Source: an uncultured Verrucomicrobiales bacterium (GTDB lineage Bacteria > Verrucomicrobiota > Verrucomicrobiia > Limisphaerales > UBA1100). From it: a DNA stretch of 63,138 bases. Shown here piece after piece: positions 14,292 through 23,173 of this stretch. The position numbers and the translations under genes were made by a program. The stretch's first letter is position 1; every line of letters starts with the position of its first letter. Where the stretch lies: contig CAXGXE010000002.1 in the NCBI GenBank assembly GCA_964013675.1, positions 1-63,138 of the forward strand, written 5' to 3'. The notes beneath the pieces were generated by a model. The model saw only the letters and a program-made list of their open reading frames with translations. It had not been told where the DNA came from and searched no databases.

Positions 14292-17200
14292 CACGTATTG
14301 AATGACTTTTTTGTGCCGCGCGATGGCAGTTATTTGGGCATGTCCGAATTGAATTTGGCGCGGCATGGGTTTGGGGGGAATTTCAACACAACATGGCTCA
14401 ACTTGACCGCTCAGAACGAAAATCTGATGGATATTAAGAGCTTAGCTTTGGGTATGATGGTGAATTACCTAGGGTTGGGGAATCCTTACCGGTATGCCTT
14501 TACGGCCACGAATTGCGTTGTGGAAGCGGCGGGTGGCTCGGCGACATTTTCAGTGGCCTTGAAAAATTATGATCCCGTCACATACGCAGCGTCGGACCGA
14601 ATCAATAATGTCCAATATTCATACCGCCTGGTGCATGACCAAATCCCCGGCTTCACGATCCCGGCGGGTGTGACTGCTGGCGGCGCTCGAGATCCTGCGG
14701 CGTTAAATGCGGTGAACATGGATCTGGAAGAGTTCACGTCGGACACTAGTGGCAATGCCTACTCCGCGGTGGCGGCCATCGTGGATGCGTTTTACGGCAA
14801 CACAGACTTGGTGTGGACCGATGTACCTAGTTCTTATAGTTTCGGAGTGTTTTATGATGGCATGAATGCCATGGGAGGAATGTACCAGCCTCGCCACGCG
14901 CTGACATACGACGATGCAGGAGGGTTGAAGTACATGTATGAAACGAACACGGTGGTCATGGAGTTCAACCCGTACACATTGACGATCCCGGCGGATTACA
15001 CTTACTGGTTACAGGGCCATCCGCAACTGGGGCAGCACAGTGGTTCGATGCTGCCCTCGGGGTCTGAGTTGTACAACCGTAGCCAGGGTATTTTTCCAGC
15101 TCGGAATGCGGCAGGATTGCCGGCACAATATTCCTCTACGCATCCGTTGGGCCAGTTTGGCGGTCCGGCGGCAGCGACCATGACGCCATTTATGACCGGG
15201 GCAGCTCCAACGTTCACCGGGGTTAATGTAGGTAAGATGGCCTGGGCATACCGAGGTGGTATTGATACAATACAATTCTATCAAACATCATATGATTCTC
15301 TGATGAACATGAACCATATCGCCACCAACTATGTGTGGTGGGACACGTTCATGACCAATGTTCAGGCCAATTTGCCTAACCCTGCTACCTTGACGGATAC
15401 CACACCGGGTGCATCGGTGTCGTTTACGGGAGCCACTGCACAGTATTTTGAGCAGCAGGTCGGGCGGACGGTTGAGGCACCGGATTTCCTATTCACTGCT
15501 GGAGCCATTGCGCCAACCGCAGCGGGGATGCCGGTGGCGTTTAACCGGACTGTACCTTCAGTGGATACGCCGACCACAACTGCGACGCCAGCTACGACCG
15601 CCGGACCCGTAGCTCGAATTTGGGCGGGGGAAGCGATCACCGCCACGGGCACGGCTTATTACAACCGGACCTTTCAACGCAAAGTGGGTTTAAATGGTCC
15701 GGGCATTTGGTCGTTGGCGCCGGCAGCAAATACGCCGGGGATGACCATTACGTTTAACGATACCATTGGCTATGGTGGTTTTGAGGTGGTGTGGAGTGGT
15801 GAAATTAGCGTGGTGGGGAACCAGTCCTTGCCGGTCTCTCAACAGCAATGGGCCTACATAAATGGTCCGGGACCGCTGGATATTGTGAAATTTCCGAACG
15901 AGACTTCATTCAAAAATTTGTTTGAGAATACGATTTATCCGGTGACCTCGGTGCCAATGATCACGCTGGTATCCGATGATGGCGGGCAAACGGCGATTGA
16001 TCCCAACTCGCTGACGCGCACAACGGAAACGTTGACGATCATGGGGCAACACTTGCGGAACGCCACGGCGATCGAGATCGTGGATGCCAATGGGGCGGTG
16101 GTGCAGTTGCTTTATGAAGGGGCGGATTTTGATGTTGTGAATGACCGCCAAATAAATGTTCTTCCAGGGAAGATTAGGTATGAGGCTGAAGGGCTAGCCC
16201 GTCAGATACATGTATGGAATACTGTTGGAAAAAGTGCTGTTAGTGAGGATAAATTTAGCATTCTTACAGGTCGTGTTGTACTTACAGGTACCTCGCATGA
16301 TGGGTTATTTTATAACCGCACCGATCCACTGATGTTGTATGGCAGAGGATTTTTGTCCAAACAAATCAAGTCGACCGATGACAATAGTACCATGTCAAAT
16401 ATTCGATTGGATTTATCTAACGGAAATGGGTTCTTTCCAACCGGTTCCAATGCTGCAGCAGGGCAAGCTTTAAACACCAGTACAGTTTCAATACTAAGTG
16501 ATACGCAGGCGATAATTTACCCTTCGATATTCACTGGATTGGGTGATGCGAGTGGGGTCGTTGTTCGAGTGAGTCGAGGGACGTCCAATACCTTGAGTTT
16601 GCCCAACGGCAAGACAATGGATTTTGTGTCGGGTTTGCCCACAATAACGCGGTTAACATATGTTAATGATTCGAATGTTGAAGTTGATATTAATTCGACC
16701 AGTCCACTTCGCCGCGACAATCGGATTATTATCCGCGGCACAGCGTTGAGTACGGCCAGTTCTGTTGAATTAGTGCAAGGAAATGGGCAATCATTCATCC
16801 CGCCTTTGACCGCGAGTTTCGTAGGTGCTTATGTTAATCCAGATGGTTCTATGATTCAGCTGGCTGCTGCTCCGAGAAATAGAAGTACCGATCCGGTTGG
16901 TGGATTCAACGATGCTAGGGCGGATGGTTTTGGCACATATCAGGCTCGACTAAAAGTAAACAATGGCTTTGGTGAAGTAACTTTCACTGATCCGTTTAAT
17001 GTTAATTTTAAGCCGAGTAATACAGATTATTCTCTGGATGTCGGGTTGTCTGGAACCACCGATGGCACTGCATTGCCTGATGTCGTTACTAATGGTCAGA
17101 CATGGTCATTCACACCAATTGCTGGGGGATTATGGGACCGTTCTGTGGGAGCAGGTCGTCAAGTGTTGCAGATACATGGGCAAGGGCTTCGGGCGGTAAC

Positions 17201-18296
17201 ACGTATAGTGATTGAAGAATCTGATGGCACAGATCTCAATCCAGAGCCTGTAATAAACATTGCCGCCCCTCCAGGGATAACTCCGGGCGTTACCGTTACT
17301 GATAATTTGATCACTATTGATCAAGCAACGGTTTCCGCGTTTACCAATCCAACGGTCGCTGATGCCAATCGTACCACCGATTTCATGCGGCTACGATTGG
17401 AGTCAAATCGAACTGGGGTGGGTGAAGGTCCAGCTTTATCTGCTACGGATGCTAATTTTCTGGTTGGGGTGCCGATTACGATCAATGCCATCAATCCTCA
17501 GAACAATTGGGATCGAGATGATGGTAATATGACCGTCACAGGCAGTGGATTTCGTCTTTTGGCCCGGGTGGATATTGTATCTGACGTTAACGGCACGCAT
17601 ATTAATTTTACTGATACTCTTACGGCTAGCCCTTATTTTGAGTCGAGCAACATTGCAAATGGAATACACTTTAATTCAGATACCAGCGTGGATATAAACG
17701 CGAGTGCATTCACGAATCCAGAGCTACTAGATTCGGTGGTGACCGACAGTAGGCGACTTAGATTTTACAACCCTTGGTCGGCCGGAGGCGTGGATAGTTC
17801 TGGGCCTGATGATCAATTCACACTTAGCGCAAACGCTACATTCGCAGGGGCGGCGGCTTCGCAGTGGCTTTCAATTACGCCTGCAGTAGCTAGTGTAAAT
17901 AATAGAATCAATGATGCTACTGTGTCTGGTCAGGGTTATGATCGCAATTCGTCTGCAGGAGTCCCGTATAGTTTGGTTATTACTGGTAATAATTTCTTCG
18001 GAATCAACCGGATCCAATTCATGGATGATAGTCTCAGCTCTGCTTTCGCGCCTGGGTTGGATATTACAGGTTTAACTCCGGGGGCTCCTTTCCCATCCAG
18101 CTTTCCGGTTGGTAGTGGGCAAATTACTTTTTCGAACGATGCAAGAACAATCACCATCACAGGAGGTGTTTTTGATGCGAATGCTTCTTGGGCTGATTCC
18201 AATGCATCTACGGGCCGCAGAGTAATTCGCCTTCACTCAGTAACAGGGAAAAGTTGGACTAGCGGTCCATTCGATACTAATTCTTCAATCGAATAA
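14010..18296 (+). CDS. B-type giant secreted protein B1 (1428 aa): conserved about 640-aa N-domain of unknown fold plus an array of IPT/TIG-like Ig repeats
   Basis: Signal peptide MMKKILIALAGILAANANA. Repeats of about 95-120 aa each contain an IPT-like core (TLTIMGQHLRNATAIEIVD, IIIRGTALSTASSVELVQ, LQIHGQGLRAVTRIVIEE, MTVTGSGFRLLARVDIVS, LVITGNNFFGINRIQFMD). It is a paralogue of B2. Confidence 0.85.
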   Translation: MMKKILIALAGILAANANAFVLVGPTDAGLVENTLAWGAPNQTVISANLVDDMGTPKRIDEFYRWNCPSLTYGFDASFVQFFGEQGIAAVNDAMHVLNDFFVPRDGSYLGMSELNLARHGFGGNFNTTWLNLTAQNENLMDIKSLALGMMVNYLGLGNPYRYAFTATNCVVEAAGGSATFSVALKNYDPVTYAASDRINNVQYSYRLVHDQIPGFTIPAGVTAGGARDPAALNAVNMDLEEFTSDTSGNAYSAVAAIVDAFYGNTDLVWTDVPSSYSFGVFYDGMNAMGGMYQPRHALTYDDAGGLKYMYETNTVVMEFNPYTLTIPADYTYWLQGHPQLGQHSGSMLPSGSELYNRSQGIFPARNAAGLPAQYSSTHPLGQFGGPAAATMTPFMTGAAPTFTGVNVGKMAWAYRGGIDTIQFYQTSYDSLMNMNHIATNYVWWDTFMTNVQANLPNPATLTDTTPGASVSFTGATAQYFEQQVGRTVEAPDFLFTAGAIAPTAAGMPVAFNRTVPSVDTPTTTATPATTAGPVARIWAGEAITATGTAYYNRTFQRKVGLNGPGIWSLAPAANTPGMTITFNDTIGYGGFEVVWSGEISVVGNQSLPVSQQQWAYINGPGPLDIVKFPNETSFKNLFENTIYPVTSVPMITLVSDDGGQTAIDPNSLTRTTETLTIMGQHLRNATAIEIVDANGAVVQLLYEGADFDVVNDRQINVLPGKIRYEAEGLARQIHVWNTVGKSAVSEDKFSILTGRVVLTGTSHDGLFYNRTDPLMLYGRGFLSKQIKSTDDNSTMSNIRLDLSNGNGFFPTGSNAAAGQALNTSTVSILSDTQAIIYPSIFTGLGDASGVVVRVSRGTSNTLSLPNGKTMDFVSGLPTITRLTYVNDSNVEVDINSTSPLRRDNRIIIRGTALSTASSVELVQGNGQSFIPPLTASFVGAYVNPDGSMIQLAAAPRNRSTDPVGGFNDARADGFGTYQARLKVNNGFGEVTFTDPFNVNFKPSNTDYSLDVGLSGTTDGTALPDVVTNGQTWSFTPIAGGLWDRSVGAGRQVLQIHGQGLRAVTRIVIEESDGTDLNPEPVINIAAPPGITPGVTVTDNLITIDQATVSAFTNPTVADANRTTDFMRLRLESNRTGVGEGPALSATDANFLVGVPITINAINPQNNWDRDDGNMTVTGSGFRLLARVDIVSDVNGTHINFTDTLTASPYFESSNIANGIHFNSDTSVDINASAFTNPELLDSVVTDSRRLRFYNPWSAGGVDSSGPDDQFTLSANATFAGAAASQWLSITPAVASVNNRINDATVSGQGYDRNSSAGVPYSLVITGNNFFGINRIQFMDDSLSSAFAPGLDITGLTPGAPFPSSFPVGSGQITFSNDARTITITGGVFDANASWADSNASTGRRVIRLHSVTGKSWTSGPFDTNSSIE

Positions 18297-18348
18297 AAAC
18301 CATCTTCAAAGTTGTGCTGAGTTATGGTTGGTAGTGTATTGAATATGC

Positions 18349-18391
18349 TGTTGACAACAGTGTAATAAATAGTATTCTGACTCCAAGGAGG
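18349..18391 (+). promoter_or_regulatory. Candidate promoter (TGTTGACA, -10 TATTCT at 16-bp spacing) plus CTCCAAGGAGG leader element (18381-18391) for the Adiv-A2-B2 operon
   Basis: Same architecture as 11633-11677. No start codon lies within 15 nt downstream of this SD-like sequence. Confidence 0.5.
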
Positions 18392-18464
18392 TTTAGGAAA
18401 ACTCACTGAAGACGCGTCGGGGGGATGTGTTTTTGGAAGCGAGGGTTTCTAAATAAGGGGGGAA

Positions 18465-20696
18465 ATGAGGTCTTTTCCTGCGTTAAACACTACAATTTTT
18501 TTGTGTGCTTTGGTGGGGCATTCCCATGGGGCAATCACGCCGCAAGGGGGTGAATTTCCGTTGGTCGGTGATATCGCCGGGCATCAGCAACACCCATCAG
18601 TGGCACTGCATCGTGAGGGCGGCTTGGTGGCGTGGCAAAATGCCACGGTCGATAGCGGCGGTGAACGGGTGGTGGTGCAGGCGCTCGGTGCCGATTACCG
18701 CGGGGTGGGAGTGCCCCAGGTGGTCAGCCAAAATATCACCGGTCAAAACGATTTAAATCCCGCCGTGGCCGCGCTTCCGGAGGGGCGTTCCGTGGTGGTG
18801 TGGGAATCAGGGCCACGGTCTTCGCAGGATATTTTCATTCGTTTTCTGGATGCCCAAGGGCAATTTCAAACGGATATTCAACCAGTTAATTCCTTCCAAG
18901 CCGGTGTGCAATCCGATGCGGCCGTGTCCGCGCTTGCGAACGGGAACGTATTAGTGGTGTGGGCCAGTGATGGACAGGATGGTTCTGGGGAGGGAATTTA
19001 TGGGCAACGATTCAGTCAAACGGGCTCCAAGGTTGGCACTGAATTTCGGGTGAGCCAAACCACTAATCAAAACCAATCCCGCCCGGCAGTAGCGGCACTA
19101 AGCGTGAGTCAGTTTGTGGTGGCCTGGGTGGGTGAATCAGTGGCAGGCCAGAATAGTTCCGGCGCACCGAATTTACGCCGAAACGTTTTGGCGCGGTTTA
19201 TTGGAGTGTCTGACACGGCGGGTAACGAATTTCAATTGAACGAAGGGGATGTGGTCGCCACGGAAGTGTCATTGACTGCCCTGCCTGCTGGCGGTTTTGT
19301 GGCCGCTTGGACGCAGCGTGATGAAGTGAGTTCGCGCAATATTACCGAGGTATTTTCCAGGCAATACGCCTCCAATGGTCTGCCGAATGGAGAAGCCCAG
19401 CGCGTGAACACATTTTTGCCCGGCGCACAGGATAGCCCCGTGCTAGCGGCGGTGAATGCCGGGGTGATGATGGCTTGGAGTAGCTTTGGGCAGGATGCCG
19501 GTGGGCTGGGGGTGCGCGGCCGGTTGTTGTCTGGCGGTACGGAGTTTGGCGTGAATGCCCAGGAAAATTTCGATCAAGCGACGCCAGCTTTGGCATCCGA
19601 TGGAGGCCAGCAAATCCTGGCGGTTTGGGCCAACACCATTCGGGCTGATCACTCGATCCTGTCCGCCCAGCGTTATGTGTTGCATGACGGCAGCAGTTTG
19701 CCGGCTGCCACGGACCTGAGTGCGGGTGAAGTGGAAGTGGTGGGAGATGAACCTGTCCAGCGCCAAACAAATCCCAGCGTCGTGGCCGAGCGCGAACGCG
19801 CGGCTGCTTTGAAGGCGCAACAAGCTCAGAACATTGCTGGCACCGCGACGCTGCAAGTGGCGGCGGCCCCGCAACCGGTCGATGAACCCACAACGTCGCC
19901 TCCACCTCCAACGGTGGAAACCGTGGCTCCTGCACCCGTGCGGGTGCCAGTGCCGCCTACTCCGCAAGTGGTGGAGGCAGTGCCGCCGCCTCAGCCGCAA
20001 CCAGCCGATTCTGCGCCGCAGGCCACTTCCGTGGCCGCCACGCCGCGGGCTCAATCATCGGTGCCGACGCCCGCCTTGCCGAGTGCCTCCACCGCGGCAC
20101 TCAATGCCTTGGGAGGGCTTACTCAGCGATATCAGGCGGGCGGTCAGGCGCGGCAGCACTTGGGCTCCACGCGGTCCTATATTGCGCCGGTTCGCCAATA
20201 TGCCTCTGCGGAATCTTCCGTGGGAACATCGCCTACGCGCTCGAGCATGTTGTTGGGCAGCACCTTTTCACGCACACGACCGAGCGCCTTGCGCATCACT
20301 GCCGCGGGATCGGATATTAGGTTGGGGCAACCGCGGACCGCAGCCAATTCACAGTCGGCAGCCAGTCAAACCGCATCCGGCAGCCAGGCAAGCCAGATTG
20401 CAGCGGCCAACACCGCGCAAGCTCGAGCAGAAGCCGTTCAGGCCAATGCCATTGCGAGTGCCGCGACGGCCAACAACACTAGCCAACAGGCAGTTCCGGC
20501 CGGCATCGTACGCACAGGCCGCGGTACCAATCTGCGATGGGTCTCCCAATACGGAGCCCGTTATCAGGTGCAATCCTCCAACGATCGCTATTCGTGGAAC
20601 AACATTGGCACACCGCGCACCAGTACCAGCGGGGTAGATGCCTTGAATATCAGCAATGTGAGCGCGCGTTATTTCCGCGTTATACGAGTGAACTAA
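18465..20696 (+). CDS. A-type secreted protein, divergent paralogue (Adiv)
   Basis: Signal peptide MRSFPALNTTIFLCALVGHSHG. The seven-blade layout matches A1/A2 (VVVWESG, LVVWASDGQDGSGEGIYGQRF, VVAWVGES, MMAWSSFGQDAGGLGVRGRL, LAVWANT). It has a P/A/S/T-rich linker and the same C-terminal module (NLRWVSQYGARYQVQSSNDRYSWNN...RYFRVIRVN). Confidence 0.85.
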   Translation: MRSFPALNTTIFLCALVGHSHGAITPQGGEFPLVGDIAGHQQHPSVALHREGGLVAWQNATVDSGGERVVVQALGADYRGVGVPQVVSQNITGQNDLNPAVAALPEGRSVVVWESGPRSSQDIFIRFLDAQGQFQTDIQPVNSFQAGVQSDAAVSALANGNVLVVWASDGQDGSGEGIYGQRFSQTGSKVGTEFRVSQTTNQNQSRPAVAALSVSQFVVAWVGESVAGQNSSGAPNLRRNVLARFIGVSDTAGNEFQLNEGDVVATEVSLTALPAGGFVAAWTQRDEVSSRNITEVFSRQYASNGLPNGEAQRVNTFLPGAQDSPVLAAVNAGVMMAWSSFGQDAGGLGVRGRLLSGGTEFGVNAQENFDQATPALASDGGQQILAVWANTIRADHSILSAQRYVLHDGSSLPAATDLSAGEVEVVGDEPVQRQTNPSVVAERERAAALKAQQAQNIAGTATLQVAAAPQPVDEPTTSPPPPTVETVAPAPVRVPVPPTPQVVEAVPPPQPQPADSAPQATSVAATPRAQSSVPTPALPSASTAALNALGGLTQRYQAGGQARQHLGSTRSYIAPVRQYASAESSVGTSPTRSSMLLGSTFSRTRPSALRITAAGSDIRLGQPRTAANSQSAASQTASGSQASQIAAANTAQARAEAVQANAIASAATANNTSQQAVPAGIVRTGRGTNLRWVSQYGARYQVQSSNDRYSWNNIGTPRTSTSGVDALNISNVSARYFRVIRVN

Positions 20697-20702
20697 ACGA
20701 GC

Positions 20703-22874
20703 ATGAATCATCGAAATTCAATCCTGTGCGCCAGCGCATTTTTAATCTGCGCAACCCTTCTCCCCGGCGGAGTGATCCCTGAAGGAGGAGAGCATGGGAT
20801 GGTCGTTGGGAGCGGGGGTCACCAGAGTGGTCCGAGTGTGGTGTTATGGTCCGGAGGGGGTTTGGTAGCGTGGGAGAACAGTAGTTCAACGGGCACCAAG
20901 CGGATTGCTGTACAAGCCTTGAACGGCCAGGGGCGGGGCACGGGCACCGTCCAGATCATCAGCCAGAACGTGGACCGAGTCAACGACACCGACCCGACGA
21001 TCGCGCAGGTGGATGAGAGCACCGCGGTGGTTGTCTGGAGCTCAGGTCGCCGAGGGAATAGTGATGTGTATTTGGCCCTGGTGGCGCGCAACGGCGCGCG
21101 CCTAGGCGAGATCCAGCAGGTCAACCAGCAAACGAGCCGGAACCAGGGCGAACCCGCAGTGAGCGTCTCGGCCGATGGCACGATCATGGTGGTCTGGGAA
21201 AGCGATCAACAGGATGGAGACGGCAGCGGAGTCTACGGCCGCATCTACAACAGCGCGGGCGTCTCGCAGGGAGGGGAACTACCCCTGAACCAAACCACAG
21301 CGGGCAACCAAAGCCAGCCGGCAGTGGAAGGGCTGGATGAGAACCGGTTCCTGGTGAGCTGGGTCAGCGGCGTCATCGCCGGACGCAACTCGGTGGGCGG
21401 CCTGAAGCTGCGCAGCCAGGTCAAAGGCCGGTTCTACCGGGGTGGCAGTGCTCAACGCAACGAGTTTGCCATCAGCGGCAACGGCGTGATTGTGCAATCT
21501 CCTTCCACCCACCTGAGCACCGATGGCCGTCTGCACGCGGGTTGGATGCAACGCACCGAGATCAACAGTCAGGACAAGTTCGATATCTGGGGAGTTACTC
21601 TCGACCCGGCCAGCGGTGTGCCCGCCGGGAACCCGGCCAAAATCAACCAATACAGCAGCGGCGAACAGCTACATCCGCAGATTGTGAGCCAAGGCGGGGA
21701 AGTCGTGTACGTCTGGGAGTCCGTGGGGCAGGACCTAGGCGGCCACGGCATCGTGGGCCGCAGCTACCCCAACGGCGAGGAGTTTGTGATCAACAGCCAA
21801 CGCAATCTGGACCAATACGACCCGGCCATCGCCGCAGACAACCAGGGCCGAGTGATCGTCACCTGGGCCAATACCATTAGCGCCACTAGCTCCATTCTCT
21901 CCGCCCAACACTTTCGCATCGGAACAGGCAACGTATCTCCCACCGTGGCCAGCGCCACACCCTCTCTGCAACCCGTTCCCAGCACCCCGGCCGCTCCCAA
22001 CATCGTGCCGCCGGCCCAAACCCCGGCCCCCACCGCTGTGGTGGCCAGCAACAGCGGCAGCAGCCACAGCACCCCGGCCATCACGCCCACCGTGGCAGCC
22101 CCGGCCTTTCCGGAACCCCCAACAGCCAGTGCTGCCTCCAGAGCCGTTGCCGCCCAAGCCAGTATCCGCAGTGGAACCACTACGCCGGGTATAGCCGCCA
22201 CCGCTCCGAGCCAGCCCACAGCGGCCACCTTCGGCATTAACCGCTTTCCCACCCGCTCCAGCCTGCGTTCAGGCTTAACCACTCCCGGTCAGGCCGCCAG
22301 CAGTGCCTTGCAGCAAATGGCCACCCAACGCCAGCAACTTCGCAGTGGCAGTTCTTCTGCCTTTGGGAACCGTATCCGCAGTGGCAGCTACGGCAGCGGC
22401 CAAAGCACTGCTTCCCTCAGCCGGGCGGCGATGATGAACCCAGCCCTGCGAAGTACCGCGGCCAACACCTTCCAACGGCCCACCGTACGGAGTGGTGCCT
22501 ACCCGGGCACCAGCACCTTTGCCGCCCGCAACAGCAGCGGGGTTGGAGCAGTCCGCTCCCTGACCAGCCGTCCGGGCACCCCGTCGAGTATCCGCAGTGG
22601 CACCGCCCAAAACCGCTTTGAACTGATGCGCCAACAGGCCCAAAACGCGAGCAGCCAACTGACCCAGACCCGACAGGTGCCGGCCAGCCTGCAGCTGCAG
22701 GGAGCCCAGATGAACCTCCAGTGGCAGGGCCGCAGCGGTACCCGCTATCAGGTGCAGGGCTCCAACGATCGGGTGAGCTGGCAAAACCACGGGGGCATCC
22801 GCAGCGGCACCGAGACCAGCAGTGCCGCTGTGGACCGTAGCTACCGCTACTACCGCGTCGTCGAACGTAACTAA
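20703..22874 (+). CDS. A-type secreted protein A2 (mature sequence identical to A1, different signal peptide)
   Basis: MNHRNSILCASAFLICATLLPGG..., then identical to A1 to the stop codon. The start lies 6 nt after the Adiv stop. Confidence 0.85.
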   Translation: MNHRNSILCASAFLICATLLPGGVIPEGGEHGMVVGSGGHQSGPSVVLWSGGGLVAWENSSSTGTKRIAVQALNGQGRGTGTVQIISQNVDRVNDTDPTIAQVDESTAVVVWSSGRRGNSDVYLALVARNGARLGEIQQVNQQTSRNQGEPAVSVSADGTIMVVWESDQQDGDGSGVYGRIYNSAGVSQGGELPLNQTTAGNQSQPAVEGLDENRFLVSWVSGVIAGRNSVGGLKLRSQVKGRFYRGGSAQRNEFAISGNGVIVQSPSTHLSTDGRLHAGWMQRTEINSQDKFDIWGVTLDPASGVPAGNPAKINQYSSGEQLHPQIVSQGGEVVYVWESVGQDLGGHGIVGRSYPNGEEFVINSQRNLDQYDPAIAADNQGRVIVTWANTISATSSILSAQHFRIGTGNVSPTVASATPSLQPVPSTPAAPNIVPPAQTPAPTAVVASNSGSSHSTPAITPTVAAPAFPEPPTASAASRAVAAQASIRSGTTTPGIAATAPSQPTAATFGINRFPTRSSLRSGLTTPGQAASSALQQMATQRQQLRSGSSSAFGNRIRSGSYGSGQSTASLSRAAMMNPALRSTAANTFQRPTVRSGAYPGTSTFAARNSSGVGAVRSLTSRPGTPSSIRSGTAQNRFELMRQQAQNASSQLTQTRQVPASLQLQGAQMNLQWQGRSGTRYQVQGSNDRVSWQNHGGIRSGTETSSAAVDRSYRYYRVVERN

Positions 22875-23173
22875 CTCTCTAACCACCAAGCATGATGAAA
22901 AAAATCCTTATCGCCCTCGCAGGCATCCTGGCTGCTAACGCCAATGCCTTCGTCCTCGTCGGGCCAACCGATGCGGGTTTAGTCGAAAATACATTGGCCT
23001 GGGGTGCGCCAAACCAAACTGTGATCAGTGCCAACCTGGTTGATGACATGGGGACCCCAAAACGGATTGACGAGTTTTACCGCTGGAATTGCCCGAGCCT
23101 CACCTACGGGTTTGATGCGTCCTTTGTTCAGTTTTTTGGAGAGCAGGGGATCGCGGCAGTGAACGATGCGATG
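20759..23173 (+). repeat. Copy 2 of the 2415-bp perfect direct repeat (partner 11877-14291)
   Basis: See copy 1. Confidence 0.9.

Noticed and set aside
14451-14495. GMMVNYLGLGNPYRY in B1 (and B2 at about 23333-23380), preceded by YRWNCPSLTYGF...AAVNDAM, looked like a degenerate metzincin N-domain and HExxHxxGxxH motif.
   Set aside because: Only the LGLG core aligns. All three His residues and the catalytic Glu would be replaced (G, M, N, N). The resemblance is too weak to support either a protease or a pseudo-protease call without structural evidence.
14010-18296. Many N-x-S/T sequons in B1 (I counted about 27), and similarly in B2, hinting at N-glycosylation.
   Set aside because: The proteins are very Asn/Ser/Thr-rich, so the count is only modestly above a composition-based expectation. 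I see no oligosaccharyltransferase gene in the window.
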